Below are positions 38,478-45,695 of a stretch of DNA of 46,375 nucleotides, piece by piece (position 1 is the first letter of the stretch; each line of letters starts with the position of its first letter). The translations under genes and the position numbers were made by a program. The stretch comes from Escherichia phage N15: sequence record NC_001901.1, one strand, 5' to 3'. The notes beneath the pieces are model-generated. The model was given only the letters and a program-made list of their open reading frames with translations. It did no database searches and had not been told where the DNA came from.

Positions 38478-38893
38478 TCACTATCACCAAAGAATGGCTG
38501 CAGAAGACCATCGCTGAATTTGAAACTAACTGCGACGATATTCCCTTTGGACTGGACGATGATGACGCGAAAATTCTGCAGGTTCTGAAATGGAAACTCG
38601 CATCGCTGGCCGTTGATACTTCTGCGGCTGGTATCGTCGACTACGGCGGCCCTTTATCACTTTCAGAGGAGTTTGTTTATACGTTTCGATCCTCGCGCTT
38701 AATCGCGTTGGGTGAGCCTGTGTATACCGTTCCACCTGCAAAGGATGTCCAGCAAGTAGCCGAACTGACAATGCTGGTTAAACGCTTAGCCTACTCCCTC
38801 AGACACGCTAAACCAGACAGTAAATTGCCCGATGATGCTATGTCCTATTTGAGCGGAAAGGGCCTGATTAGGATTGAGGATATTTTGCGATGA
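38474..38893 (+). CDS. hypothetical protein
   Basis: RBS GGAG; overlapping start/stop. Confidence 0.55.
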   Translation: MITITKEWLQKTIAEFETNCDDIPFGLDDDDAKILQVLKWKLASLAVDTSAAGIVDYGGPLSLSEEFVYTFRSSRLIALGEPVYTVPPAKDVQQVAELTMLVKRLAYSLRHAKPDSKLPDDAMSYLSGKGLIRIEDILR

Positions 38894-38945
38894 TCACCAC
38901 CAGAAAATGCATGCCGGCAGCGGCAGTATCACAGGAGACTAAGTG

Positions 38946-39272
38946 ATGGCACTGACACCCGCAGAACGGCAAAGGATCCGCCGAGAGAAGCTAAAAAAGC
39001 AAGGAACCACCAGGCGTGATTGGGTTCTGGAGCCGGATGAGCTGCGTATGCTCGGCGAAATTTGCATACAGCGTCGTCCGGGGCGAGAGCCGTATTCTGA
39101 AAATGAGGTTATTGGCCTCCTGATCCGCAAGAACTACAAAGAGCTGCAAAAGAAACTTTCCGGTTCGTGTTCGCGGTGTGGGAAGCAACTTCCGGTAGCC
39201 GATTGCCTGTTTGATGGCGAAGGTACATGCCAGCTGACCACTCTCAGATTGAAGCTGGCCATTAAAGCGTGA
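38946..39272 (+). CDS. hypothetical protein with C-terminal CxxC
   Basis: RBS AGGAG before ATG 38946. Confidence 0.5.
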   Translation: MALTPAERQRIRREKLKKQGTTRRDWVLEPDELRMLGEICIQRRPGREPYSENEVIGLLIRKNYKELQKKLSGSCSRCGKQLPVADCLFDGEGTCQLTTLRLKLAIKA

Positions 39273-39292
39273 CTGGTCACGGAGGGTTAAAA

Positions 39293-39514
39293 ATGGATAA
39301 AAAAGCATTGTTATTCGAACGCCTTCGGCAGAGAAGCGAAAGCAGTCTGGCCAGCGGAGGTGATGGGTTTATTTTTGCCTCAATGCTGGCGTTCGACATC
39401 GGTCTGAACACAAGAACGATCCGGGGGATGCTGGACTCTGCTGTGAAAAATGGAACCCTGGAAAAAAAAGAACGTGGAGCTGGCCGTGCACATAAGTACC
39501 GGACAATTCAGTAG
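39293..39514 (+). CDS. hypothetical protein (73 aa)
   Basis: RBS GGAGGG 5 nt before ATG; preceded by palindrome GTGACTGGTCAC. Confidence 0.5.
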   Translation: MDKKALLFERLRQRSESSLASGGDGFIFASMLAFDIGLNTRTIRGMLDSAVKNGTLEKKERGAGRAHKYRTIQ

Positions 39515-39563
39515 TTTAATCAAAAAAATTGCCAAAAAATGGTTGTATCGTTTGCGGATTTCC

Positions 39564-39579
39564 CTGTGTTTATATACAG
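39564..39579 (+). promoter_or_regulatory. LexA (SOS) box CTGTGTTTATATACAG
   Basis: CTGT-N8-ACAG with AT-rich centre, immediately followed by TATTAAAT (-10-like). Confidence 0.7.
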
Positions 39580-39603
39580 TATTAAATAACCTTGGTAGAC
39601 AAA

Positions 39604-39831
39604 ATGGTATACGATTCAATGACAGATGCAGCCGTGTCATGTTGTGAAAAACTTGATTCCCAGCTAAGCGATCTCGATGCTGTCCTGGATATGGTGAGCA
39701 CCGTTATGGCCTCACCAGAGGCCAGCCTTCATATGAATGAGGCGGCACGTCTTCTGCGCATGTCTCGTAATATGGTCCACAGATGCAAGGATGTTGTCGC
39801 GGATGAGCTCATTCGGCAGGCTGGCGAATAA
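39604..39831 (+). CDS. small protein (75 aa) under LexA box; candidate SOS-inducible antirepressor
   Basis: First ORF downstream of LexA box; N15 is reported to be induced via an SOS-regulated antirepressor, but assignment to this ORF is my inference. Confidence 0.4.
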   Translation: MVYDSMTDAAVSCCEKLDSQLSDLDAVLDMVSTVMASPEASLHMNEAARLLRMSRNMVHRCKDVVADELIRQAGE

Positions 39832-39866
39832 AAAAGGGAAAGGCGAGATACCCTCGCCTTTCCCTT
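39827..39866. terminator. bidirectional terminator (12-bp stem) between + strand small gene and - strand toxin-antitoxin operon
   Basis: gggaaaggcgag / ctcgcctttccc stem with A-run upstream. Confidence 0.65.
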
Positions 39867-39895
39867 GTTACTTCACCTGCAGATACTCGTCTTAA

Positions 39896-40183
39896 TCAAT
39901 ACACAGCATGAATATCAATGCTTGCACCGCAAGCCTTAGCGTATCGAGATAGTGTCTTCATGCTGGCACCTAGTGGGTTGCTTTCCAGGCGGCTAATTGC
40001 TGATGGCTGCAACCCCATGCGTTCAGCCAGCGCAGACTTCGTCAGGCCAGCTTTCTCCCTCATCTCGTAGAGCATTTCAACCATCGCCAACTCCTTGTCG
40101 GCATCTTCGTAACCCCGGATAGCCTCCGGGGTATTGAGCAGTTCTTCTTTCACCTGATTAAATGGGATGCCTTTTACTTTCAT
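39896..40183 (-). CDS. HTH (XRE-family) antitoxin, HigA-like
   Basis: 95 aa; LTKSALAERMGLQPSAISRLE HTH; ATG overlaps toxin stop (TAATG). Confidence 0.75.
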   Translation of the reverse strand: MKVKGIPFNQVKEELLNTPEAIRGYEDADKELAMVEMLYEMREKAGLTKSALAERMGLQPSAISRLESNPLGASMKTLSRYAKACGASIDIHAVY

Positions 40184-40494
40184 TAGCTCATCTCCTTCAG
40201 ACGCGTTCTGGCGATATCAATTGCGTGGGTAGGCGTCTTTTGCGTCTTCTTAACAAATGCATGTAGCAGATAAATTTCGTTACCTACCGCGTAAGCGTAC
40301 AGCGTTCTCGCTATGTTTTTATCCCCTACCCTTAGTTCGAAAAGGCCACCACCGATAACGCGGCTATGAGGCATTTTCAGCTTGTTCCCTTCACTTTCCA
40401 GTCTCTCGATCAGCCGGGTCATGCGACCGCGTAGCTCATCAGGTAATTCTTTAAGCTCATCCAGCGCTGCCGGGTGGGTTATCACGTTAAACAT
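40183..40494 (-). CDS. RelE/ParE-superfamily toxin, HigB-like (toxin-first operon)
   Basis: 103 aa from ATG 40494 with AGGAGG RBS; LKMPHSRVIGGGLFELRV...LYAYAVGNEIYLLHAFVKKTQKTP typical of this family. Confidence 0.75.
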   Translation of the reverse strand: MFNVITHPAALDELKELPDELRGRMTRLIERLESEGNKLKMPHSRVIGGGLFELRVGDKNIARTLYAYAVGNEIYLLHAFVKKTQKTPTHAIDIARTRLKEMS

Positions 40495-40554
40495 AGTATA
40501 ACCTCCTGATGTGGAAAATATACTAAAAACGTAAAAATCACACAATAGGCAAAT

Positions 40555-40570
40555 TTCACTAAAAAGTGAA
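40555..40570. promoter_or_regulatory. palindrome TTCACTAAAAAGTGAA upstream of toxin-antitoxin promoter (operator candidate)
   Basis: 5-bp inverted arms; candidate -35 TTGTGT / -10 TATATT on - strand just downstream. Confidence 0.45.
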
Positions 40571-40660
40571 AAATAAAGCTGGATGTGCTTATTGGGCAGA
40601 GTTACAGTTTGTGTCGTTGAGAGGGGTAAAGCCCATAACCGCATGAATCTGGAGTAAATT

Positions 40661-40882
40661 ATGAATTATCAAGGCAACGAAAAAATGCGCAAAGATGCGG
40701 CAGATATTTCTAACGAGCTGTATGAGTTATGGCAGAAAGTGAAGCGTTTTGAGCGTGAATACAGCTTTAACAGTAAAAACCTGACCGACCGACTGGCTGG
40801 CCGCCTTATTGGAACGATGGAGCCTAAGCTGGCAGAGTTGAACAAATTTATGGCCGATGTCGATTACCAGTTCGAAGATTAA
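40661..40882 (+). CDS. hypothetical protein (73 aa)
   Basis: RBS GGAG; clean ORF. Confidence 0.5.
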   Translation: MNYQGNEKMRKDAADISNELYELWQKVKRFEREYSFNSKNLTDRLAGRLIGTMEPKLAELNKFMADVDYQFED

Positions 40883-40891
40883 GGAGGCTCT

Positions 40892-41119
40892 ATGCACGCG
40901 AAAGAAATACGCCGGAATATGACCGAAGAAGCGTTAAGCGTTGAGTTCGTAATGCGTGGGCATCCACGCATTAGCCTGGCAGAGCTGAGTGAAGCCTGCC
41001 GCTTAAGCCAGGCATCAACAGAGTTTATTATTGAGCAGATGGTTTGTTTTGGTGTGGCGCGGCGCGGCGCTTTCGGAAGATACTCACTAACAAACGAGTA
41101 TGAAAACGGAATAATCTGA
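40892..41119 (+). CDS. hypothetical protein (75 aa)
   Basis: RBS AAGGAGG. Confidence 0.55.
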   Translation: MHAKEIRRNMTEEALSVEFVMRGHPRISLAELSEACRLSQASTEFIIEQMVCFGVARRGAFGRYSLTNEYENGII

Positions 41120-41123
41120 TATC

Positions 41124-41141
41124 GTGCGACCATGGTCGCAC
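41124..41141. repeat. centromere-like perfect palindrome GTGCGACCATGGTCGCAC
   Basis: Perfect 18-bp palindrome (20 bp with flanking C/G). Confidence 0.75.
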
Positions 41142-41161
41142 GGAATAGAAAACGAAAAAGG

Positions 41162-41190
41162 TTGGCAAAACAGCTATTTTTAGGTATCTT
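41162..41190 (+). promoter_or_regulatory. candidate promoter TTGGCA-17-TATCTT (possible late promoter)
   Basis: Good -35/-10 match with 17-bp spacer; intrinsic terminator about 40 nt downstream, as in lambdoid PR'/tR' units. Confidence 0.45.
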
Positions 41191-41226
41191 TTTTCTAAGT
41201 TGGGATTTTTACGCCTGACTTCCGAA

Positions 41227-41251
41227 TAACCGCCTACGGGCGGTTTTTTTG
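41227..41251 (+). terminator. rho-independent terminator (tR'-like)
   Basis: accgcctacgggcggt hairpin + T7. Confidence 0.7.
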
Positions 41252-41386
41252 TGCCTGAAAAAGTGGGCGCGGGACGAGTTGCAGCTCATCCCGCGGTCAA
41301 CCCATGCCAGAGGTATAGGCTGAACCCAAAGCCCACCCGCGATGCGCATCGCTGGGTTAGCTTACCCAGGCAGAACCATAATAGCT

Positions 41387-42475
41387 ATGTTAAAAACTAC
41401 ACAAATCAATGGAGCGCAGCTCGTTTGCGCAGATTCTCTGCAATTCATAAAAACCATCCCTGATAATTCCGTAAACCTGATCGCGACAGACCCGCCCTAT
41501 TTTGGCGTTAAGTCGAACGACTGGGACAACCAGTGGGAAAGTGACGCGGACTTTTTGGGCTGGCTTGATGAGTTTCTGGCGGAGTTCTGGAGGATACTGG
41601 CCCCAAATGGAAGCCTGTATATGTTTTCCGGTTCGCGGCTTGCGGCAAAAGTTGAATTACTTACCCGCGACCGTTTCAATGTTTTGAACCACATCACCTG
41701 GGCTAAACCGAGCGGTGTATGGCGGCGGCAAAATAAAGAGAGCCTGCGAGCATTCTTCCCGGCAACCGAGCGCATCATATTCGCTGAACATTACGGCGCG
41801 TCTGGCTATGCGAAAGGTCAGTCGGGTTATGCCAGCAAATGTGCAGAGTTGCGGAAAGACGTATTTTCTCCGTTGATTGGAGCATTTGCATCAGCCCGAC
41901 AGCAGCTGGGGATTTCAGCTGCGGACATCAACGCTGCGACAGGGAAAAAGATGTGTTCACACTGGTTTTCCTCGTCGCAGTGGCAGTTACCGTCGCTGGA
42001 TGACTTCAACAAGCTGCATGAGCTGTTTATGCAGCGGGCGCAAGTTCTCGGCGTAGCATGTCCTCCGCCATTCGATATCGGGTATAGCGAGCATGAAAAG
42101 CAGTATGCCGATCTAAAAACGCAATACGATGCGGTTAAAGCGCAATACGATGGCCTTAAGGCTCAGTATGAAAGCCTGCGCCGCCCGTTCTCTGTGACTG
42201 CAGATGTTCCCTATACGGATGTTTGGGAGTTCCCACCGGTGCAGTATTACCCAGGGAAACACCCGTGCGAGAAGCCAGCTGCGATGATGGAACATATCAT
42301 CAGGAGCAGCTCTCGCCCCGGCGATGTAGTCGCCGACTTCTTCATGGGGTCCGGTAGTACGATTAAGGAGGCTCTGAAGCTTGGGCGTAAGGCCATAGGC
42401 GTAGAAATTGAAGAAGAGCGTTACCTGCAGACAGTAGAAGAAGTTAAAGAAGTAGTAAAAAAAGAAGAGAGTTGA
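41387..42475 (+). CDS. DNA N6-adenine methyltransferase (beta-class, DPPY before FxGxG)
   Basis: NLIATDPPYF (motif IV) precedes DFFMGSGST (motif I); start uncertain (41342 or 41387). Confidence 0.8.
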   Translation: MLKTTQINGAQLVCADSLQFIKTIPDNSVNLIATDPPYFGVKSNDWDNQWESDADFLGWLDEFLAEFWRILAPNGSLYMFSGSRLAAKVELLTRDRFNVLNHITWAKPSGVWRRQNKESLRAFFPATERIIFAEHYGASGYAKGQSGYASKCAELRKDVFSPLIGAFASARQQLGISAADINAATGKKMCSHWFSSSQWQLPSLDDFNKLHELFMQRAQVLGVACPPPFDIGYSEHEKQYADLKTQYDAVKAQYDGLKAQYESLRRPFSVTADVPYTDVWEFPPVQYYPGKHPCEKPAAMMEHIIRSSSRPGDVVADFFMGSGSTIKEALKLGRKAIGVEIEEERYLQTVEEVKEVVKKEES

Positions 42476-42488
42476 TCTCACTTATACA

Positions 42489-42512
42489 ACCCGCCTCTGG
42501 CGGGTTTTTTAT
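42489..42512 (+). terminator. rho-independent terminator after methyltransferase
   Basis: cccgcctctggcggg hairpin + T6. Confidence 0.7.
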
Positions 42513-42609
42513 TGGTGCCGTCCAGGCGACATCTTTGCGTTATTCCGTAATGCATCGGGCGGCGTTTCATCTGCACACAGCCTCCGCAAATATAGCGAGG
42601 TAAGAGACC

Positions 42610-42915
42610 ATGAGAATGAACGATCACTCAGGGAACATCTTCACGCAATTATTTGCGTGGCTTGGAACCATAGCTGCAGCGCTGGGTTTTACCACCCAAG
42701 ACATGATTTACATGTTTTTCGGGGCTGTGGGGCTTCTAATCTCCCTTGCATCCTTCATCAACGGAAGAATTGATGCACGCCGCCGTCGGAAAGAAGATGA
42801 GAAGCGAACGGCAATGATAAGGGCTTACCTGGAAGAAGTTAGCGATAAGCCTATCGAAGAACGTCCGACAGCGGTGAGCGTAGTAGCGGATGTACTCGCT
42901 AAGGCAGGCGAGTGA
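42610..42915 (+). CDS. holin (two TMDs, dual-start MRM motif)
   Basis: Two hydrophobic helices, charged C-terminus, Met-Arg-Met N-terminus; first gene of lysis cassette. Confidence 0.7.
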   Translation: MRMNDHSGNIFTQLFAWLGTIAAALGFTTQDMIYMFFGAVGLLISLASFINGRIDARRRRKEDEKRTAMIRAYLEEVSDKPIEERPTAVSVVADVLAKAGE

Positions 42916-43451
42916 TGGCTAACAGGGCAAAATTAAGCGCAGCCGTTCTAAGTTTGATTCTTGCTGGCGCGTCAGCCCCACAAATTCTCGACCAGTTTTT
43001 GGATGAGAAAGAGGGAAATAGCCTTACTGCTTACAAAGATGGCAGCGGCATCTGGACGATATGCCGTGGTGCCACAATGGTTGATGGCAAGCCAGTAATG
43101 CAGGGCATGAAGTTGACGCAGGCCAAATGCAATCAGGTAAACGCCATCGAACGCAATAAGGCTCTTGCGTGGGTTGACCGCAATATCAAAGTTCCTCTGA
43201 CCGAACCGCAGAAAGCCGGTATCGCATCTTTCTGCCCGTACAACATAGGCCCAGGCAAATGCTTCCCATCGACGTTCTATAAGCGTCTTAATGCTGGCGA
43301 CCGCCACGGGGCTTGTGAGGCGATCCGATGGTGGATAAAGGATGGTGGCCGCGACTGTCGACTGACCAAGGGCCAGAAGAATGGATGCTATGGGCAAGTT
43401 GAGCGGCGTGACCAGGAAAGTGCGTTGACGTGCTGGGAGATAGACCAGTGA
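42915..43451 (+). CDS. SAR endolysin, T4-lysozyme-like (GH24)
   Basis: N-terminal weakly hydrophobic Ala/Gly/Ser-rich signal-anchor; catalytic E...D...T in EGNSLTAYKDGSGIWT; phage 21 R-like. Confidence 0.85.
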   Translation: MANRAKLSAAVLSLILAGASAPQILDQFLDEKEGNSLTAYKDGSGIWTICRGATMVDGKPVMQGMKLTQAKCNQVNAIERNKALAWVDRNIKVPLTEPQKAGIASFCPYNIGPGKCFPSTFYKRLNAGDRHGACEAIRWWIKDGGRDCRLTKGQKNGCYGQVERRDQESALTCWEIDQ

Positions 43452-43993
43452 ATCCGTCCCCATTAATCGCAGCAATAAAAGCCTGGTGGAAGCCTTTATT
43501 CGTGCTGATTTTTGCGGCCAGCGCGTTTATCGCTGGCAATGTCTGGAGCAACAGGGCATGGGAAAAAAGGTGGGCTGACCGTGATAGTGCTGAGTCCTCG
43601 CAAAAGGTCAACGCGCAGACAGCCGCCAGAATGATAGAGCAAGGGCGAATTATTGCCCGTGATGAGGCCGTAAAGAATGCCAAAGAGAAAGCAGCTGCCG
43701 CGCGTGATGCTTCTGCTCGTTTGGCTGGCACTGTTAGTCAGCTGCAGCAACAGGCAAGAAAACTCGCTACCCGCCTGGACGCCGCAAAGCACACCGCAGA
43801 TCTTGCCGCTGCCGTCAGAGGCAAAACAGCCGGAGCCAACGCTGCAGTGCTCGCCGACATGCTCGGAAGTCTTGCAGCAGAAGCTAAATATTATGCTGAA
43901 CGATCTGACGAAAGCTATCGAGCAGGAATGACCTGCCAGCGTATTTATGACTCGGTTAGAGAGTCAAATAACCAATCTGGAGCCTCGCAATAG
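43430..43993 (+). CDS. Rz-like inner-membrane spanin (i-spanin)
   Basis: N-terminal TMD then Ala/Gln/Arg-rich coiled coil; GTG start (43430 or 43448) overlapping endolysin end. Confidence 0.7.
   Translation: MLGDRPVNPSPLIAAIKAWWKPLFVLIFAASAFIAGNVWSNRAWEKRWADRDSAESSQKVNAQTAARMIEQGRIIARDEAVKNAKEKAAAARDASARLAGTVSQLQQQARKLATRLDAAKHTADLAAAVRGKTAGANAAVLADMLGSLAAEAKYYAERSDESYRAGMTCQRIYDSVRESNNQSGASQ
43677..43931 (+). CDS. Rz1-like outer-membrane lipoprotein spanin embedded in +1 frame of Rz (start 43677 or 43707)
   Basis: Lipobox LLVSC after hydrophobic leader; Pro-rich mature part; embedded in Rz. Confidence 0.6.
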   Translation: MPKRKQLPRVMLLLVWLALLVSCSNRQENSLPAWTPQSTPQILPLPSEAKQPEPTLQCSPTCSEVLQQKLNIMLNDLTKAIEQE

Positions 43994-44029
43994 CGGGGCT
44001 TTTTTATAGCTAAAATCAGCGGAGAGAAA

Positions 44030-44233
44030 ATGGCGAAAATCAAACTGACCCTCGAACAAATTAAATCTTTGGCTAAGTTTGCAGAGGAAGAAGGCCAGCC
44101 TGAATACACAATCTGTCATGGTCAAATCCCCGGCTTCGATAATGTTCCAGATTACAATGGTTTGATTGCGTTTTCTGGCTCTGAAGAGCATGGCGTTCTG
44201 GCTTTGGAAGATATGGAGCAGGGTGATAAGTGA
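44030..44233 (+). CDS. hypothetical protein (67 aa)
   Basis: RBS GGAGAGAAA. Confidence 0.5.
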   Translation: MAKIKLTLEQIKSLAKFAEEEGQPEYTICHGQIPGFDNVPDYNGLIAFSGSEEHGVLALEDMEQGDK

Positions 44234-44565
44234 TGAAAGTTTATATCGCCGGGCCAATGACAGGCCGTGAAAATTATAACCGTGCCGCTTTCAATAAAGA
44301 GGCAGACCGCCTTACCCGCCACGGTCACACAGTTCTGAACCCAGCCAGCCTTCCTGATGGTCTGGAACAGCGCGAATACATGGATATCTGTTTTGCGATG
44401 CTCCGCTGCGCTGATGCAATCATGATGCTGCCAGGCTGGCAAGCGTCGTCCGGTGCGACAGCCGAATATCACTACGCGTACAAAATGGAATTGCCAGTCT
44501 ATACGGTTCTGCATTATCCACCTGTAGCGCTTGAGAAGGAAATTGATGAGCGCCTTTTACAATGA
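44233..44565 (+). CDS. DUF4406-like / nucleoside 2-deoxyribosyltransferase-like protein
   Basis: N-terminal MKVYIAGPMTG motif; ATG overlaps previous stop. Confidence 0.55.
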   Translation: MKVYIAGPMTGRENYNRAAFNKEADRLTRHGHTVLNPASLPDGLEQREYMDICFAMLRCADAIMMLPGWQASSGATAEYHYAYKMELPVYTVLHYPPVALEKEIDERLLQ

Positions 44566-45541
44566 ATTTGAAAGATATCCCGCAACATGGCTAAGCAACC
44601 TGATCGCGAACGGTTCAATAGCAAACGGCATTGTTGATGAGCGCTCTATTGTTGATGTTGCTCCGTCAGATGTTATCAATAAAACGCAATGCCACTGGTT
44701 TGCTGGGATTGGAGTTTGGAGTTATGCGTTGCGTTTAGCTGGCTGGCCAGATAGCCGTTCTGTATGGACAGCCAGCCTGCCATGCCAGCCGTGGAGCTCT
44801 GCAGGAAAGGGAGGAAAATTTGATGACGAACGACACCTCTGGCCTGTGTTTTTCAGACTCGTTAAAGAGTGCCGCCCTCCAGTCATTTTTGGTGAGCAGG
44901 TTTCAAGCAAGGACGGCCTTGAGTGGTTCTCAGCTGTACAAACTGACCTGGAAAATGCGGGCTATGCCGTTGCAGCGCTTGATACATGCGCAGCGAGCGT
45001 CGGTGCTCCGCACATCAGACAAAGAATCTTCTGGATGGCCTACGACTACAGCCAGCAATACCAAAACGGCGATAAAGGATGTAGTGAAAATACTGGCCAG
45101 AAGAGCAGCGGGACGACAGTCGAACTTGCAGGATGTAGCAGTTCTTGCCGGATGGAATACACCGACAGCATCAGACTGCAAAGGAGGGTATCAGGGAGGG
45201 AGGATACGAAACGGGAAATTATCGACCGACCGCCTGGATGTAACATCGCAGTTGGCGGGATGGTCACCCGAAACGCTCCCGTCACTGAATTCAAACCAGA
45301 AAATCACAGCGCCCTGGGGGCCGTGCAGACTGACTCATACTGGAGAGATATTGACTGGCTCTTCTGCCAGGATGGAAAGTGGAGGCCAGTTGAACCCTCA
45401 TCATTCCCGCTGGCTGATGGGATTGCCGGTCGAGTGGGCCAGTTGCGCGCCTACGGGAACGCGATAGTCGCTCCATTAGCGGCAGCATTCATCACCTCGG
45501 CTTATCAGGCAATCCAGGACTTCGAATCCCAAAAAAAATAA
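44546..45541 (+). CDS. DNA C5-cytosine methyltransferase-like protein
   Basis: FAGIGV (motif I-like), [11 protein letters not shown] (PCQ motif IV), FGEQV (ENV-like), QRIFWMAY (VIII), YGNAIV (X); RBS GAAGGAAA. Confidence 0.6.
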   Translation: MSAFYNEFERYPATWLSNLIANGSIANGIVDERSIVDVAPSDVINKTQCHWFAGIGVWSYALRLAGWPDSRSVWTASLPCQPWSSAGKGGKFDDERHLWPVFFRLVKECRPPVIFGEQVSSKDGLEWFSAVQTDLENAGYAVAALDTCAASVGAPHIRQRIFWMAYDYSQQYQNGDKGCSENTGQKSSGTTVELAGCSSSCRMEYTDSIRLQRRVSGREDTKREIIDRPPGCNIAVGGMVTRNAPVTEFKPENHSALGAVQTDSYWRDIDWLFCQDGKWRPVEPSSFPLADGIAGRVGQLRAYGNAIVAPLAAAFITSAYQAIQDFESQKK

Positions 45542-45560
45542 CATTTAGTGTTCCGCTTTC

Positions 45561-45578
45561 GTGCGACCACGGTCGCAC
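45561..45578. repeat. centromere-like palindrome GTGCGACCACGGTCGCAC
   Basis: Third copy of GTGCGACC-NN-GGTCGCAC. Confidence 0.7.
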
Positions 45579-45695
45579 GCTTTTCCATTCTCATAGACAT
45601 GAGCGTTGCTGCGTAACGGGTTCATTGCCCAATCTGCGTCGCGTATAGCGCTCATGTTTATGAGAGTTGCCTCAACACATCTAAAAGGATCTATC

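Noticed and set aside
41254-41386. Cluster of three hairpins upstream of the adenine methyltransferase, considered as a tRNA or structured RNA gene
   Set aside because: No tRNA D-arm or T-arm consensus and no CCA-compatible acceptor stem. More likely leader structure, or part of the longer methyltransferase ORF if translation starts at 41342.
44820-45467. 215-aa ORF in an alternative frame overlapping the C5-methyltransferase-like gene
   Set aside because: The methyltransferase motifs are in the other frame; this is a shadow ORF.
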